DNA of 64,000 nucleotides, taken from assembly GCA_004431415.1 (NCBI GenBank), contig QPMI01000436.1, forward strand, positions 248,001-312,000, read 5' to 3'. The DNA is from Cyanophora paradoxa CCMP329 (taxonomy: Eukaryota > Plantae > Glaucophyta). The notes under the pieces were generated by a model. That model did not search any database, was not told the origin of the DNA, and was given only the letters and a program-made list of their open reading frames with translations. Position 1 is the first letter of the stretch. Each line of letters opens with the position of its first letter. This document shows positions 22,801-34,600 of the stretch, piece after piece. Position numbers and translations under genes: made by a program.

Positions 22801-25413
22801 AGACCTCGCGGAAAAGACTTGGAAAATGGCGGTCGCCGGGGATGCCGCCGACGTGGACGGCGCCGACCTCGCGATCGCCACCAGCGACGACCTGCACCTG
22901 GCGGGAGAGTCGCAGATCGCCGCGGCAACGGCCGCGACGACCGCGGAGCGGTGGGACGAGGTCGCGCTGTTCGCGAGGCGCGCGATTCGGCTGTTCAAGG
23001 AGCTGGACGCCCGCAGCGCGTGCGCCGTCTACTCAGTCGCCGCGCGCCTGGCCAAGGTGCTCTAATGATTTTTTATATTTAATTTCGGTTGTGAATCGGA
23101 CTCTGAAACGACCCCATGGCCAGGCGAGGTTCCTCTATTCGAAGGCTCTGAGCGGACGCGGCGAGACGAGCGCCGCGGCGGACGAGTTGGAAAAGGCGAG
23201 GGCGGACGACCCGATCAGCGATTTCGAGGCGGATTTCGCCAAGGATTCCGCCGGGGGCGACGGCGACGGGGACGGCGACTCCGAGCGCGGAGACCCGTCC
23301 CTCAGCGCGCAGCTGCAGCGCTCGCTGGAAGTGGCCGGGGCGCAGCTGGCGCAGCCAGAGCTGGGCAAACAGTGCGCGCCGAACGACTGCCTCAAGGGCT
23401 ACGAAGTGAGCGCGCAGCTGGCCTCGACCGTGTACGCGGTGTTCAAGAAGTATCCGGCGGCGCGACGCGGTCCCAGCCCTGGAATGGCGGCCGAGCACGC
23501 CGTAATGGCCGCGGGCTTCGCGCTGCAGGACCTCCGGCCGTCCAGGGCGCTCGGGTGGGCCCGCGTCGCCGTCGACCCCGAGTGGAGGGGCGCAGGCGCG
23601 CCGCCCCAACCCGACGCGGAGGCCCGGGTGAGCGCTGCAGCTATCCATTTCAAGTTTCCATCATACTGTAGCGATCGCGACTTTAATTAATGCACATGTT
23701 GCCTTCAGCGGTGGATCACGCTCGCGAGGTCGCTCGACGCCGTCGGCTCGATCGAGCTGGCTGCCCAGGCCGCCGAGAAGGCCAGGGCCATCTCGCAGAA
23801 GGCCGCCCGCGCGAGACGCGGCGCCGGCGCGCCCGTCGACCCGACGGCCCTCGAACTCCTCTCGAGGCTGCGAAAAGAGGTCGCCCGCAAGGAGGTCAAG
23901 CTCAAGGCCGCGTGTAACGAAGGCGATCGCGACCACGTCGAGAAGGAGGACGCGGCGTTGGCCGTGGAGGCGCAGAACGAGGCCCTGCGGCTGGCGGCGG
24001 AGACGGACTACGCCCGGGCCGAGCAGGAGGCGCGGCGGGCCGTGGAGTGCTGGAGGCGCGCGGGCCTCGACGCGAGCGTAGAGTCCGCAAAGGTGCGACG
24101 TAACCACGGCCAATGACCACGGCCAGTTTATAATGAATGATTAATGAAAGCTGAGTATATATATACATGCATATATATGCTGCATTGCGAATGCAATTGC
24201 AAGCGGCAGCGAAAACGAAGTAGTTAGCGCTGATCATGAGTTATATGATGGGCGTGCATGCATATGCGCTACGCCTTCTCTTCTGTGCAAAGCTGATCAT
24301 GATCGATATCGCGACGCCCTCCCTCAGGCCTTGTGGGCACTCGGGGTCGTGCAGCGGTCGCGGGGGCTGCTCCACGAGGCGGCCGAGACCCTCCGGACCG
24401 CCTCGGGGCTGGATCCCGCCCTCTCCATGCAGGTCCGTCTTCTATAGGTCCGGCTTCTATAGGTCCGGTTTTTATAGGCCCGGCTTTTATAGGTCCGGCT
24501 TTCATAGTTCCGGCTTTTATAGGTCCGGCTTTCATATAAGTAAGGTCCGGCATTCTCCATGCAGGTCCGGCGTCTACCGTACTAGGCTAAATGAATTATT
24601 ACATGGCTGACTGCAACGCAATCTAGCTTCGTAATTTCCCACCTTGCTCTTAGCTATAGCTTCGAAAACCAGCTTAGATCTCCCGCCGCGCTTTAATTTT
24701 AGCTTCGAACTTCGGAATTCGATCTCCTAGCCTATATAGCTAGGCGACCGAGATCTAGAATGTGAAGAATTCAGTGTTCGAATTCAATATATTCCATTGT
24801 AAAATATTCTAGCGGAGATCTAATTGTATTGCTGGCAGGCCGCCCACCTGACGAGCCTCGCACTCTGGGAGCGCGCCAAGGGCGAGACTTCCGCCGCGGA
24901 GTCGTTCCTCCAGAGGCGGCAGCTCGCGCACGTGCGTGCAGATATATAAATTAAAGCGCTGAAGTGATGTAAAGCGGTACTTAACGCGATAGAAAGCGAT
25001 TTATATAAAGCGTAATAAAGCGTTCCTCCAGAGGCGACAGATCGCACACGTGCGTATACGTATTCGTAAGCGTGCACGTGCAGAAATATACACAGAGCGA
25101 TCATCGGATTGATATTTGCCTGCATTTATATGCTAAATTACTCGATGTTAATTGGCTTCGTTCGAATTCGTTCGCAGGCGGAGCGGTGCGCGCGGGTCGC
25201 GCTGGAGGCGTGGGAGCGGCTGTGCGGCTTCGCCCCGCTCCTCGAGCACCGCCACAGGGCCGACGCCGACAAGGTCCGCGGCTCCGATCCCGAATTTCCT
25301 GGAAATTCATGATCAACGTTAACGGGCGGCGGCGGGCCGGGCTGGCGCGCGCCGCGCGTGCGCAGTGCCGTGGGCTTCTCGACCGCGTCCGCCTCGCCCG
25401 CTTGGGCGTGTAG
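13681..25413 (+). CDS. TRANK1/Lba1-like SF1 (UvrD-like) helicase with N-terminal RelE/ParE-like domain and C-terminal TPR-like array
   Basis: Walker A VVGRSGTGKT (15651-15674), Walker B VVDE|VQDF, FCGDTCQTVARG, NYRSHDGIL, GPDQ|VVIVRS, LTVEEAKGLEFEEVL|FNFF, ELKHLYTSLTRAK; then TPR-like EQWRRRGLSYMEAGLFGQAELAFRRGG and >1000 aa of helical repeats; stop at 25413. Confidence 0.9.
24422..24570 (+). repeat. 15-bp intronic minisatellite (ATAGGTCCGGCTTTT-like)
   Basis: About 7 copies seeded at the donor CAG|GTCCG and bounded by a second TCTCCATGCAGGTCCG. Confidence 0.9.
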
Positions 25414-25470
25414 CCGACGTCGATCGATCGCGACATCGGCCGCTTTTGTTTGGCGCGGCAATGGTGCCTT

Positions 25471-25719
25471 AGAAGAAATCCAGAGTTTCGGCAATTTATG
25501 GCCACGGCAATTCCGGTTTTGGTCGAATTCGGCAATTTAACTTCTCGCGAATCGCGATTGTGTCCCTCGTCGTGATCCTTAGGCCCTTATGCATATGTCT
25601 TCCAATTGCCTGCGTCGTTTTTTATTTTAAATATTGCTTCCTACGTACTACGGTATACGGGGGGTTCGGTCTCTCAAAAAGAATTGAACTACGCGGCAAG
25701 TTCAAGTCTAAGCATACAG
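25471..25719. mobile_element. MITE family A relic (right half) interrupted by a retroposon fragment
   Basis: CGGCAATTTATGGCCACGGCAATTCCGGTTTTGGTCGAATTCGGCAATTTAACT resumes as ACGCGGCAA...TACAG+TA after the insert. Confidence 0.8.
25543..25681 (+). mobile_element. 5'-truncated LINE-like 3' end nested in MITE A
   Basis: Similar to 61669-61834 (TCTCGCGA..GTCCCT..CGTGATCC..TACGGGGGGTTC..GTCTCTCAAAA); TSD AATTTAACT (25534-25542) / AATTGAACT (25682-25690). Confidence 0.7.
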
Positions 25720-26180
25720 TAAGTAGGCTGTCAGTAGCTTCCATGCATGCGCAAGTCCGGAGTCCGGACTCCGCGGCCGGAATCGATATCCGGATTCGGT
25801 ACGGCCCGGGTACCGGTGCCCGGGGCTGCGGCGGTCCTAGAGCTACCGTACCCCTGGTAGGGCCTACAGGCTACCGCAGCTGGCACTGCCTGGCACTGAC
25901 TGGCAGAGCCTGGCAGAGGCTCAGTGTGGCTGGCAGGCTGCAGCTGGAGGCTGGAGCCTGCATGGACTCGGGAGTCGGGACTCGGGAGTCCGACGTCGAC
26001 GTCGACGGTCGGGCGGCGCAGGCCTAGGCCGCGCAGGCCGGGCGGCGCAGGCGCTGAGCCCGGCGGCCTAGTAGCCAAACTAAGCCAATTCTAGCGCTAG
26101 GCTCCGCTACCGGTACGTACCGGTATACCGGCGGTACGGCGGTAGTAGCCGCTACTCAGTGACTAGCCGGCGTACTACTA

Positions 26181-26395
26181 CTGTAGGAATGCTTTTCTAG
26201 CCGATGTTTTAAATTGCCGTAAATTGCCGAGAGGCTGAATTGGGCAATTCAGCATTACGGCAATTGCTTGGGGGGTAGGTACTTTTCTAGCCCGCCATAG
26301 AGCAGAATCTAGATTCGGCAATTTATCGCCACGGCAATTCCAGTTTTGGTCGAATTCGGCAATTTAACTACGCGGCAATTTAAGCAGTCCTACAG
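26181..26395. mobile_element. MITE family A (TA TSD)
   Basis: TA-CTGTAGGAATGCTT...AAGCAGTCCTACAG-TA; colinear with 4529-4753. Confidence 0.9.
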
Positions 26396-26520
26396 TACAG
26401 TACGGTAGTACAGTAACGGTACTACTAGCCATAGTAGCTAGCTGCATGTGGACTCATTGTGGAGTCGCATTGTGGACCGCGTTACCGTATACGTACGCGT
26501 ATAGCGCGTATACAAAAATA

Positions 26521-26786
26521 CCGTCGGGCACTAAATTACTGCGTCGTTAATTAACGCGGTTTCAAAAATGGCCCTCCTCTGAGCGAAATACCGCGGTACC
26601 AAATTAACGCGGTTTTAACAATTTGCGGCTTGTATATATGGGGCGGTAATTGCAGGGGGTACTGTATGGGGCGATTTCTCACCAGCAAATTACCGCGGCA
26701 CCAAATTACCGCGTTTTAACAAACTTTTGGCGCGTTAATTTGGTACCGCGTTAGTTAAGTGCCCGCGGTACTTAAGTGCCCTACGG
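26521..26786. mobile_element. MITE family C, CCGT termini, Tc2/pogo-like (TA TSD)
   Basis: TIR CCGTCGGGCACTAAATTAC vs reverse complement CCGTAGGGCACTTAAGTAC (16/19); TA flanks; internal AATTAACGCGG repeats. Confidence 0.85.
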
Positions 26787-27532
26787 TATTAATACGTAGC
26801 TGTTGTTTCCGAGTTCCCGTGGCGCGTACGTACGGCGGCGTACGCGTGCGCCGTGCGGAACGGTACCGGTGCGGTCACGGACTCGTGCACGGTGCGGACC
26901 GTTAACGTTGGATGTGAGTCACGATTACCTTTCGCTCCAACTGTGATTCATAAACGTTTTTTCGCCGGAACCTTTTTCTTTTCAACTACACGCATTGTTA
27001 TCCTGTTGGCGGCGGTTACATATCCGATTACCATGATCTTAGCCAGATTCGCTCCGAAAAACAATTGCTCGACGACGAGTCGACGTCGATATCCATTACT
27101 TAACTTAAGTAATATCGATATCTGGAATTCGAATCTCGAGTCTATGATATCCGATGATCGATATCCGCGGCCGGATAAAAAGCCGCCGGATCCGATGATT
27201 CCGATCCGGATCCACTGGGGCCATCGTACGAACACGTGGCCGGGCGCTCCGACTCGGCGAGCCGGCGCCTGAGGACCCGAGGCTCCGCGGCCTCCGCCCG
27301 AGTACCGTAGTACTAGTCCGCCGGCGCCGGCGCCGCCGCCGCCGGGCCGGCCGGATCGATATCCGAGGCTTCCGAAGTTCCGACAAACTTGAAAGTTCCG
27401 AGCCGACGTCGACTTGCCAATGTTAACGTTGCCATGGGCCATGGCGGCATGGCCAGGCTCAGCGGCTTGCCAATTGCAACTTGGCAAGTTGGCGCGCGCG
27501 CCTATATATATACCGTAGTACCGTAGTACAGT

Positions 27533-28470
27533 GGGTCGGCCAGGAGAAGGCAGCAATCGCGAAATCAGAACATCGAGACTCGGGCTATGATCCATCATCG
27601 ATATCCTCATACCTCCGCCGGTCCTCCGGCGGCCCTCCGCTGTGCCTCAGAGTAGGGTTTATTACATATATATAAATCAGACTAAATTTTGTAAATCTGG
27701 TGGAATTTTCTAGCGGTTTCTAGACGATGGACGTGAATTCGCAGAGTGCGCAGAGCATAGATGAGGTGCGCGGTTGGGCGCGCGTCGTGCGGCGCTGGCT
27801 GCAGCGGGGCGAATGGAGTCGCGATTGTCAGCGAAGGAGGCGACGGCGCGCGGGGCGCGGGGAGTGCGCGCGGGGGAGGACGAAGCGTACCACGGTGAGA
27901 ATGCACTACGTAGAGCCCGCCTGCGAGAAGGCGAGGCTGTACGCGAGCGGGCCGGGGCGCGGGCCGGAACGCTGGCGCTCGCGGGGCGCCGCTTCTGAGC
28001 AGAGGACGGGCCGCGGGGGCTTTCCAGGATTTCGAACGTGCGGGAAAGGCTGTAGAGAGGCCGGAGAGCGCGTGCGAACGCGCGGGATGCTCTGCGAGCC
28101 GGGCCGCCCGGCCGCTGACGGCCGGATTCCCGGAAATCCCCTGCCGAAATTCCCGGAAATGCCGGAAATCCCATAGCTAGCTGCCGAAATTCCCGCCGGA
28201 CCTAGGTCGACCTGCTAGGTTGGCGCCCGGCGATCTGATTTTACTATTTTACTGCTTGTGTTAAGTTATGTAGTATTTTTGAAATCCTTTTATGTTCTTT
28301 TTCAGATAAATATTAGCGCTGCTGCGCATGATGGCATGATGATGCTATGATGTTTCCTTGAGTTTTTAGTACTGCAGTCCGAGTCAAAAACGGGCCATAT
28401 TTGGCACTGACGTATACCTCGAGTCTCGATGTTCTGCGTGGCGCGTTTTGAGCCTCTTCCCGATCAGCCC
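27533..28470. mobile_element. Non-autonomous Mutator-like element (MULE)
   Basis: GGG...CCC termini, ~55-bp imperfect TIR with a perfect CAGAACATCGAGACTCG core, 10-bp TSD GTAGTACAGT (27523-27532, 28471-28480). Confidence 0.85.
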
Positions 28471-28691
28471 GTAGTACAGTACCGGTACGGCGGTACCAGG
28501 GTACCGGCCTAGTAGGTGCCGCAGTGCTGGGGCGTAGTACGTTATCATCTAGTATACCGCCGGGCCGGTATACGTATACCGTTTACGTAGTTATAACTTT
28601 TGCTCCTTACGATCGTGCCGGCTGCTCGTGCCACAGAGTCTCCCGGAAGTCCAGCCGCAGACTGAGACTCTAGTTCGCTAGCGCTGCGGCC

Positions 28692-31600
28692 ATGGCGAGG
28701 ACCAAGTCGGGCGTCGGGCCCCCGTGGCCTACGTGTACGCGCGCCCTACTCGCGCTTGCTGTGGTCCTTCGGATCCTCGTTCACTGCTCAGCGGGTGAGG
28801 CCTACGTATACGTAAACTAGGCTAGAGGCTTGATTCGTGAGCTAGAACTTCCCAATGCATTCACACGTGTCAGCGTACGCGTACGTGGCCACGGCTGACT
28901 CAAAATTTGGTGCACAGGGACGGTATCGGCAACCCAGTCCCTCGTGACGCAGTCAGCGTTGTGCTACAGAGATGACAGCATCAACGGCCACGCCACTGTT
29001 GGACTTCAGCTGCTCGCTGACTCGCCCAACAACACTCATCTGGCCTGTGCGAAGCTCGCCAACAGCCAGGGTCCGTAAGACCGCCGCAGGCCATATGCAT
29101 ATGCACGGCCACCTGCCATCTGTACATGTTTTCTGCATTCGAGCTCAAGCTCGCCGCAGGATACCGCTTCTCCGTGACTCAGTCCGGCTCGCTGTGCTTC
29201 GGGTCCAACGACTACGCACGCGCGACGGGCCTCGGCACCATCTCGAATTGGGTCTGCGGCTCGAAATGCACAGGGGACGCCGCGTACATGTGCGGCGGGG
29301 TCTGGTGAGATCTTTGAGCGCGCGCCCTCTGCTCGAGGTCGCGCTTGCACATGTACAGCAGGCTCACCGGTCCGCAGGTACAGCACGCTGAGTGAGATCG
29401 TGCTGGATCCGGTCGCTGCGCCCGCGGTCCCGCCCGCGCCAACGCTCACCACGGCCCCTCTGGAGATGTACGTAAAGGGATGGGGCAGCGTCGGCCTCAG
29501 TGTGGGTCTGGCGTCGGCTGGCTCGCCAGGCGTTCACACAGGCTGGGTGAGCGGAGCTGAATTTTCGATATCGATATCGATCCTGCAGGCCGCAATAGCT
29601 TCAGCTAGGCCTGCACGTCGCGCTATAGACGTGTCTGGCTCCTCCGGATCTCCTGCTCTAAATTTCTCTACCGGTCCCGTCCAAGCCACCAGACGAGTTG
29701 CTTGACTAGATGCGGAACTAGGCCCTGAGATCGCGCGCGGTGCACTAGCTATAGTACTGACCACAATCGCCCTCTTGCTCGGCAGTATGAAGTGTCAATC
29801 GTCCTGCCTGCCGGGGGCATTTCGGCGTCCAGCTGCGCGATAGGAGGCCCGTTCCCAGCTGGAGGCGTAGGGGCGACGTCGGGAACGGTCGTCAGGAAAC
29901 TCGGGCGGGACACGACCGTCGCCTCCACCGTCGTCGCCCTGTGCCGCGGTGCGAGTCGGGCCGGCCGGCCCGGCTCCGCCTCCGACGCTGCTCTTTCGAG
30001 GCCTTACAGCTGAAGCGCGCAGGCTACACCTACTCGGTGAAGGTCAAGGCCTGCAACACGAAATTCTGCAGCGCGGACTCGCCCGCGGCGACCGTCACCG
30101 TCCCGGCACTGGACCCGATCGCGAGTGAGCCCCTGCGCCGCGGCCGCCGGGCCAGCGCCATGCTCCGTCTGTCGACGTCGACGTCGCTTACGCGGTCCGC
30201 GGTCGCGATCGCAGGTTCTGGCACTGCGTCGCCCCGCATGGTCGTGTATCACAACTGCATCCGCGATATTTACTGCAGCGGCACGACCCGCTGCGCGGGA
30301 ACTGTGCTCGCGTCGAGCGACGCGACGATGACGAACCAGAAGTGCCTCCGGCTTGCCCAGGAGGCCGGTGCGCGTGCCGATCGCGAGCTGCGAGCTCTCC
30401 GCTGTGCCGTCGACGTCGCGCGCCAGCTTGTTCATGCACCGAGCATGCGCAGGTTTTCACTTTGCTTCCACTGCGCTTGGCTCGTGGTGCATGGGCAGCA
30501 ACGACGCCGGCAACGTCTTCGCGCCGACGGTATACCCGACCGAGTGTTCGGTGCAGTGCATGGGCGACCTGAACAGCTACTGCGGCGGCGGCACTGGGGG
30601 GTACTGCCTTTTTGCGGATGCCGCGCCCTGCCCGCTCACTAGCGCACAGGCGGGCGAGCACATATGAGATCACTGGGCTCACCGAGGCAGACATGGTGTT
30701 GAGGAACGGGTCTCTCCTGCTTCCGCCGGTCATGGCCGGCATCCCAACCGTCACCGTCGGAACCGCTGGAGCGATGCCCGGGCTCGGCATTGGCGCGTTT
30801 GCGCCGCAGAACACGAGCGCTCTGACCGGACTAGCCCTCGTCCGCTATGAGGTGAGTTGTACATGTACTGCATGCGGCGTAATCGCGCAGTTATAAGCAA
30901 CGGCGAGCGATCGATATTTCCTTGCAGATCGCCATTACGATTCCGTCGCCCGGGATGAGCCCGTGCACTGTCGATGGCTTTGTTTGGGGTACTGTTTTCA
31001 AGTACCTTTCACCCAACGTCGTCTCCAGCAAACAAATCGTGAATTTGTGTCGTGGTACGTAAACGAGCGCAGCTCTAGTCCGACCCGACTTGTCGAGCTC
31101 TACGTGTGCAGCTGACGTCGCCGAAATCTGCATGCGCAGGAACTTCGTACACCGTCGCCATACGCGCGTGCTCCTTTGTCGGATGCGGCCCGCTGTCCAG
31201 CACGACGAACGTGCCCTTCGTCCCTCTCCCTTCGTCGTCGACGCCCTCGGCCTCCGTCGTGCATGTCGGCTGCTTCGTCGAAAGCTTAAGACCGTTGCCA
31301 CCTATTACATATCCACCCGGGTTTTTATGGACTGGTAGTGTTGGCAGCTACAACACCGTCCTGCGCTGCGCTCAGGTGGCCTACGAACGGTACTACTCCA
31401 ATTACCTTGCAGGTTCGGCTCCGCCAGAGCTCGTTTCTTTAATCGAGCTTCGAATTCTAGTCTATTTCCTCTGATTCACGGCCACTGGTTTAATTTCTGC
31501 AGATACGCGCTTCATCGCGCTTTCCGGAATCAACTGCTACATTGGCTTGCGCAGCAACTTTGCCGAGATAACCTCTCAAGGCTCTGCTCCAAACCAGTGC

Positions 31601-34600
31601 GGGACGCCTTGCCCGGGCAAGGGCGGCTCGATCTGCGGAGGAATGAAGTGCGCGCTCCCAATAGGCTTCAATGCGATCGCCTTCTCGTTCGAATTCAACT
31701 TTGTGCGCTTTTGACCCTCCTCCCGCCTCCCTGCAGCGCCTTCAGCTTGTACGAGCTCGAACGACTGCCAGGCACTGCAGTCGTCCCCGGCGCCCTGACT
31801 GGCGCGCCGTCGGTGTCAGTCTCGCCTTTCATCTTCCCTTCCGGCGCCCTGCTCAGCATCGGCGCGCTCGCGCCTCCTAGCGACGGCGGTATCACAATCA
31901 CGCGGGTGCGCAAACGAGGGTTTAAATTTAAAGCTGGGCTGCGGTCGACGTCGACGGCAAAGTATTCTGATTGATTGCCTTTCGCGCCAGTATGAGGTAT
32001 TGCTCGCGCTGCCCGACGGCGGCACGGGGGCCTGCACCCTCCACGGCGTCACCTCGGGCGTGGTCTCTATCTCTGTTCTAAACACGACAGTAACCTCTGG
32101 GATTCCCAAAGTCGCCAACTTGTGCCCCGGTGCGCACAGCTGCGACCTAGGCATGCAGCACGAGTCGATGCTCGTGGAATTCGAAGTGCGGCGCTCTGAC
32201 GCGTTCGGGTCCAGAGAGCATGCAACGCCATCGGTGCGAGATTGATTCGGACGCTTATAATTAACCTTCTTCGCCATCATCGCAGCTGGTTGTGATCCCG
32301 CCGCCAGGTTGCGGCGCGAGCTCGCCGACGTCATTTGTCTCTGTGCCATGTGCGAGCCCGAGGGCCTGCTGAAACTTCCGCTCATGATATCTATAAAATG
32401 AATAACGGCTTATTTAACTGAAATTTCTTCAGCCGTTCCACCCGTTATGACGAGCCCGCCGGCGATCACAATCGGGGGCTTCGACTACCAAAGCGGCGCC
32501 TCAGCGACCGTCTCGTGGAGCGCCGCGTTTGGCGGCTCGGTCGACTCCGTGCGTGCTTAGAGCTCGGCGGTTGCTCTCGCTCTCTTTTCTGAACGTCTTC
32601 CTGTGCAGTACGAGCTGCGGGCGCTATCGGCCGACGCGACGCCGGGCACCAATGCGTGCCCCTTTCCGCTCCAACCGCAGCAGCTCCCGGGTTCCTTCCC
32701 GCCAACCACGCTTTCCGTCATCGTTCGTCTCTGCCCAGGTAGGCATATGCATCTGCCGCATAGATGGGCTCGCCCGTCTCGCGGTCGTCGGCCGCGGCCG
32801 CTCACCAACTTGCGCACAGGCCACAAGTATGGCTTTGGACTGAAAGCGTGCAACGACGCGGGCGCCTGCGGTACAGAGGTCACCGCGTACATCGGCGTCG
32901 CCCGTGCGGCCCCGGCCCTTCGGCGCCCGCGTCCGGCTGCCGCCTCGAGCTCACGCGCGCGGCGATCCTTATACAGCCGTACCCCCATCGTCTCCCGCGC
33001 CTTCGGTCGTGCTGGGACAACTCGACACCGCGGTCGGGGTGCCAGCGACGCTGACCTGGTCCGCCCCGTGGGACGGCGGCTTGCCGCTCACCAAGGTACC
33101 CGTTTTCTGCCTTGTTAGAGTATCATTTTGCGCCGTGACTGATCGCTCGCCTTGCAATCGAGCAGCTTAAGCTCGAGACGACGTCTGTGAAGACGACCGC
33201 GGCCATTCCCACGTGCACGTACGCCGCAGTGCCAATCTCACAGGACCTGGCACTGGATCAAACAACTATAACCCTCAATCTGTGCCCCGGTAATTATAAT
33301 TGCACCCGCCCCGCCGTCGGCCCTTTCTCCGCTCCAACAATCTCGATCCCTCGCAATTGATATAGTGCTCGACAGGCTACACTTACAGCTTCAAGATCTC
33401 CGCGTGCAACGGCATCGGCGTCAACGGCGGTTGCGGTGCTGCTGTTGGGGTGCACAGCACCGTCGCATTCGCTCAGCACTGTTGCATGCACCGCTGACGT
33501 TGCGCCGGCGCAGGCTTCCACGAATGTCGCGGTCGGAAAGCCTGCGTCCGCCTCTAGTGCTCTTGAAGACACCTACGGTATATTGACCCCCTGTCTCGCG
33601 CCTCCCTTAATTTCCGAAGCTTGCAAATTGCGAATCGAGCGAGTCGCTGATTTTTTGTACGCGTGGCATCGCACCCCACCTGCATGAAAGGCTCTCCTGC
33701 GAATGCCGTTGGTGCGACTCGGCGCGCGCATTGCTTCTTTGTTCAGCTCTTTGCTGACACGGGAGTTTGCAGACGGAGTTACGATAAAGATCTGGAGCGC
33801 TACCTCAAACCGCGGATTTCAAAGTAATCTGAACGTGACCAAGGATCCGACACCCTGGTGGGAGGTCCGTAAAGCTCTTTCAAGAGCTCAACTCAGCCGA
33901 TCAATTTACAATTGCGTTGGACTTGGTGCAGGTCTATCTCAAGGTAAGAATTGCGCATGCTCAGGATCCGATCGACATCTGCGGTCGCGCTAGCTTTAAT
34001 GATTTAGGCCGGAAGTGGCCATGGATGATTCATACTTTTCTTCAATCAGGGCATGTACATAATCGACAAAGTTGTGGTTCACGGGGTGCGCCTTTTTCGC
34101 CTGTGTGTTTATTGGCCGCGATCGCGAGCTCGAGCCTGTGCTTGCAGCGTCAAGACAACACTGGCTGCACGACTGCGACCACTCTGTCCGCGTGCTGTGC
34201 GTTCGAGCTTCAATTTGCCGCGCTCGCGAAGCCCCGGCCCCTTAAGCTTGCAAGTTCGAATCTTAGCGCCCGTCGACGTATACGTCGTTGCAGGTTCCGC
34301 CACTGCTTTGAACGCCGCGGGATCCTCGTGCCTTGGCTGGCTTAGAGACTTCGACATCGTGGTAAAGGCTGGATCGGCGGAATCGTCCAAGATATCCTTC
34401 GGCGCAGCGCCCCCCTTCACCTCCAGCGTTCTGACCGCCACATTTCCGGCGGGCACTGAGGGTGCGCGCGGCGATCTAGATCTTTAAATCTTAAGCTTTA
34501 AATTCGGACTGATGCAACGTCCGTCGTCGCTGGCGACCTGCAGGCGACCGCGTGCGCGTTGGAATGCGGACGCTCAACTCGTATCTTATGCTCACGGAAG

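Noticed and set aside
27415-27495. RFX X-box-like GTTGCCATGG motifs
   Set aside because: Incomplete match embedded in a palindrome-rich repeat zone.
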